Part shown: positions 48,598 through 49,406 of the stretch, piece after piece | Numbering within the stretch: position 1 is the first letter of the stretch | How the letters are laid out: each line of letters starts with the position of its first letter | DNA from: Bacilli bacterium | GTDB taxonomy: Bacteria; Bacillota_I; Bacilli_A; RFN20; CAG-826 | Assembly: GCA_017450325.1 (NCBI GenBank) | Contig: JAFSVB010000080.1 | Span: 1-49,406, forward strand | DNA: 49,406 bases | Direction: 5' to 3' | Position numbers and translations under genes: made by a program | Notes under the pieces: model-generated | Seen by the model: the letters and a program-made list of their open reading frames with translations, nothing else | What the model was told of the DNA's origin: nothing | Databases searched by the model: none

Positions 48598-49005
48598 TTA
48601 TTGGATCGCGATGCGCGTAGGCTTCGCTTCTTCGGGCTGGACTTTGGGGGCGACGACGCTCAGGATGCCATCTTTGTAAGAGGCGGTGATGGCCTTCTCG
48701 TCGACTTCGCCAAGGTAGTACTGGCGGGATACCTCGCCATAGAACCTCTCGCGGCGGAGGAGCTTGAATTCGTCTTCCTCCTTCTCCTCGGACTTAACGC
48801 CGACGGTCAGATAACCATCTTTGAAGTCGAGGGAGATGTTTTCCTTCGTAAACCCAGGCATCTCGATGTCGAGACGGTAGGCTTTTTCGGATTCGTAGAC
48901 GTTCGTCTTCATGTTGAGGCGGCCATAGTTATTGCCTTCTTTGCCAAAGAAAGCATCGAAGAACGGGTCGAGATAAGAGTTGGTATTGCAATTGGTGTAG
49001 ATCAT
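48598..49005 (-). CDS. Hsp20/alpha-crystallin small heat shock protein
   Basis: EMPGF, RRERFYG, ASYKDGILSVVAPK; RBS AAAGGAG. Confidence 0.94.
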   Translation of the reverse strand: MIYTNCNTNSYLDPFFDAFFGKEGNNYGRLNMKTNVYESEKAYRLDIEMPGFTKENISLDFKDGYLTVGVKSEEKEEDEFKLLRRERFYGEVSRQYYLGEVDEKAITASYKDGILSVVAPKVQPEEAKPTRIAIQ

Positions 49006-49032
49006 AGTAAGTCTCCTTTTCGCTTTCGCGTT

Positions 49033-49059
49033 TTAGCACTCTCGTTTCCTAAGTGCTAA
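49033..49059. promoter_or_regulatory. CIRCE element (HrcA operator) 1
   Basis: TTAGCACTC-N9-AAGTGCTAA, one mismatch to consensus. Confidence 0.9.
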
Positions 49060-49078
49060 CCATACTATAAACCCATTT

Positions 49079-49105
49079 TTAGCAGTGTCAATAGCCGAGT
49101 GCTAA
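49079..49105. promoter_or_regulatory. CIRCE element 2, overlapping the -35 box
   Basis: TTAGCAGTG-N9-GAGTGCTAA; minus-strand TTGACA at 49091-49086 lies inside it. Confidence 0.8.
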
Positions 49106-49406
49106 AAATCTTTCATTTATTTTTCCGGCGCCTTTTTGCGCGCGTACATATACAAATATCTTTTCTTTTACGCGGGTTTTGCCACGAAATTCTTTAAAAT
49201 CCTGATATGAGACGACCTGTGTCAAGAGGGAATTTTGCGTCTTCCATTGTTTAAGGTTCTTTCTTGTGGAATCGGCTCTTCGATGGCGGCTGGTTCGGAT
49301 TGGGGTGACCGGCATTTGACCACTCTGATATTCGGGAGTTCGGCTTTCGCCTTATCCATAGGTCAATGGTCCGCCTTGGCCCCCATCCTCTAGTATCTGG
49401 GATCGC

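Noticed and set aside
48220-49059. 279-aa plus-strand ORF
   Set aside because: Antisense to hsp20 and the copA start, crossing their regulatory elements.
49088-49406. 75-aa ORF or partial gene at the right edge
   Set aside because: Runs into the hsp20 promoter/CIRCE; no frame gives a recognisable product, and it cannot be resolved without flanking sequence.

Overview
Chromosomal window from a low-GC-phylum (Bacillota) bacterium with a fairly GC-rich core. It uses genetic code 11 (TGA is a stop and prfB is present). The compact, overlapping gene order resembles uncultured gut/rumen Bacilli (RF39/RFN20-like; inference). Bases 1-~3200 are a visibly AT-richer accessory stretch beyond the 3' end of tRNA-Ala(CGC). 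It holds a broken RhuM-like gene, a DUF3990 (ART-like) gene coupled to an HTH-Nudix fusion, and a membrane protein. The rest is mostly housekeeping: Y-family polymerase plus YolD, an M29 aminopeptidase, two paralogous membrane proteins around PhoH, folD, secG, a prfA-prmC-tsaC/rpiB-comFA-comFC-secA-prfB-yitT-uvrB-HAD block, and a dnaX-ybaB-recR-tmk-holB-ricT-rsmI block. These are followed by YfhO, a DUF1538/PII-like cassette, several hydrolases, an ABC transporter, copA-copZ-csoR with a CsoR operator, and hsp20 with two CIRCE elements. Most notable: (1) SecA carries a second, degenerate wing/scaffold (two-helix finger) module in place of the SEC-C tail; (2) the DUF3990 + HTH-Nudix pair is a candidate ADP-ribosylation writer/eraser module; (3) an unannotated 53-aa small gene has its own promoter, RBS, terminator and clustered cre/LacI-like operators; (4) TsaC is fused to RpiB. 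All calls come from motif recognition by eye; no database searches were run.
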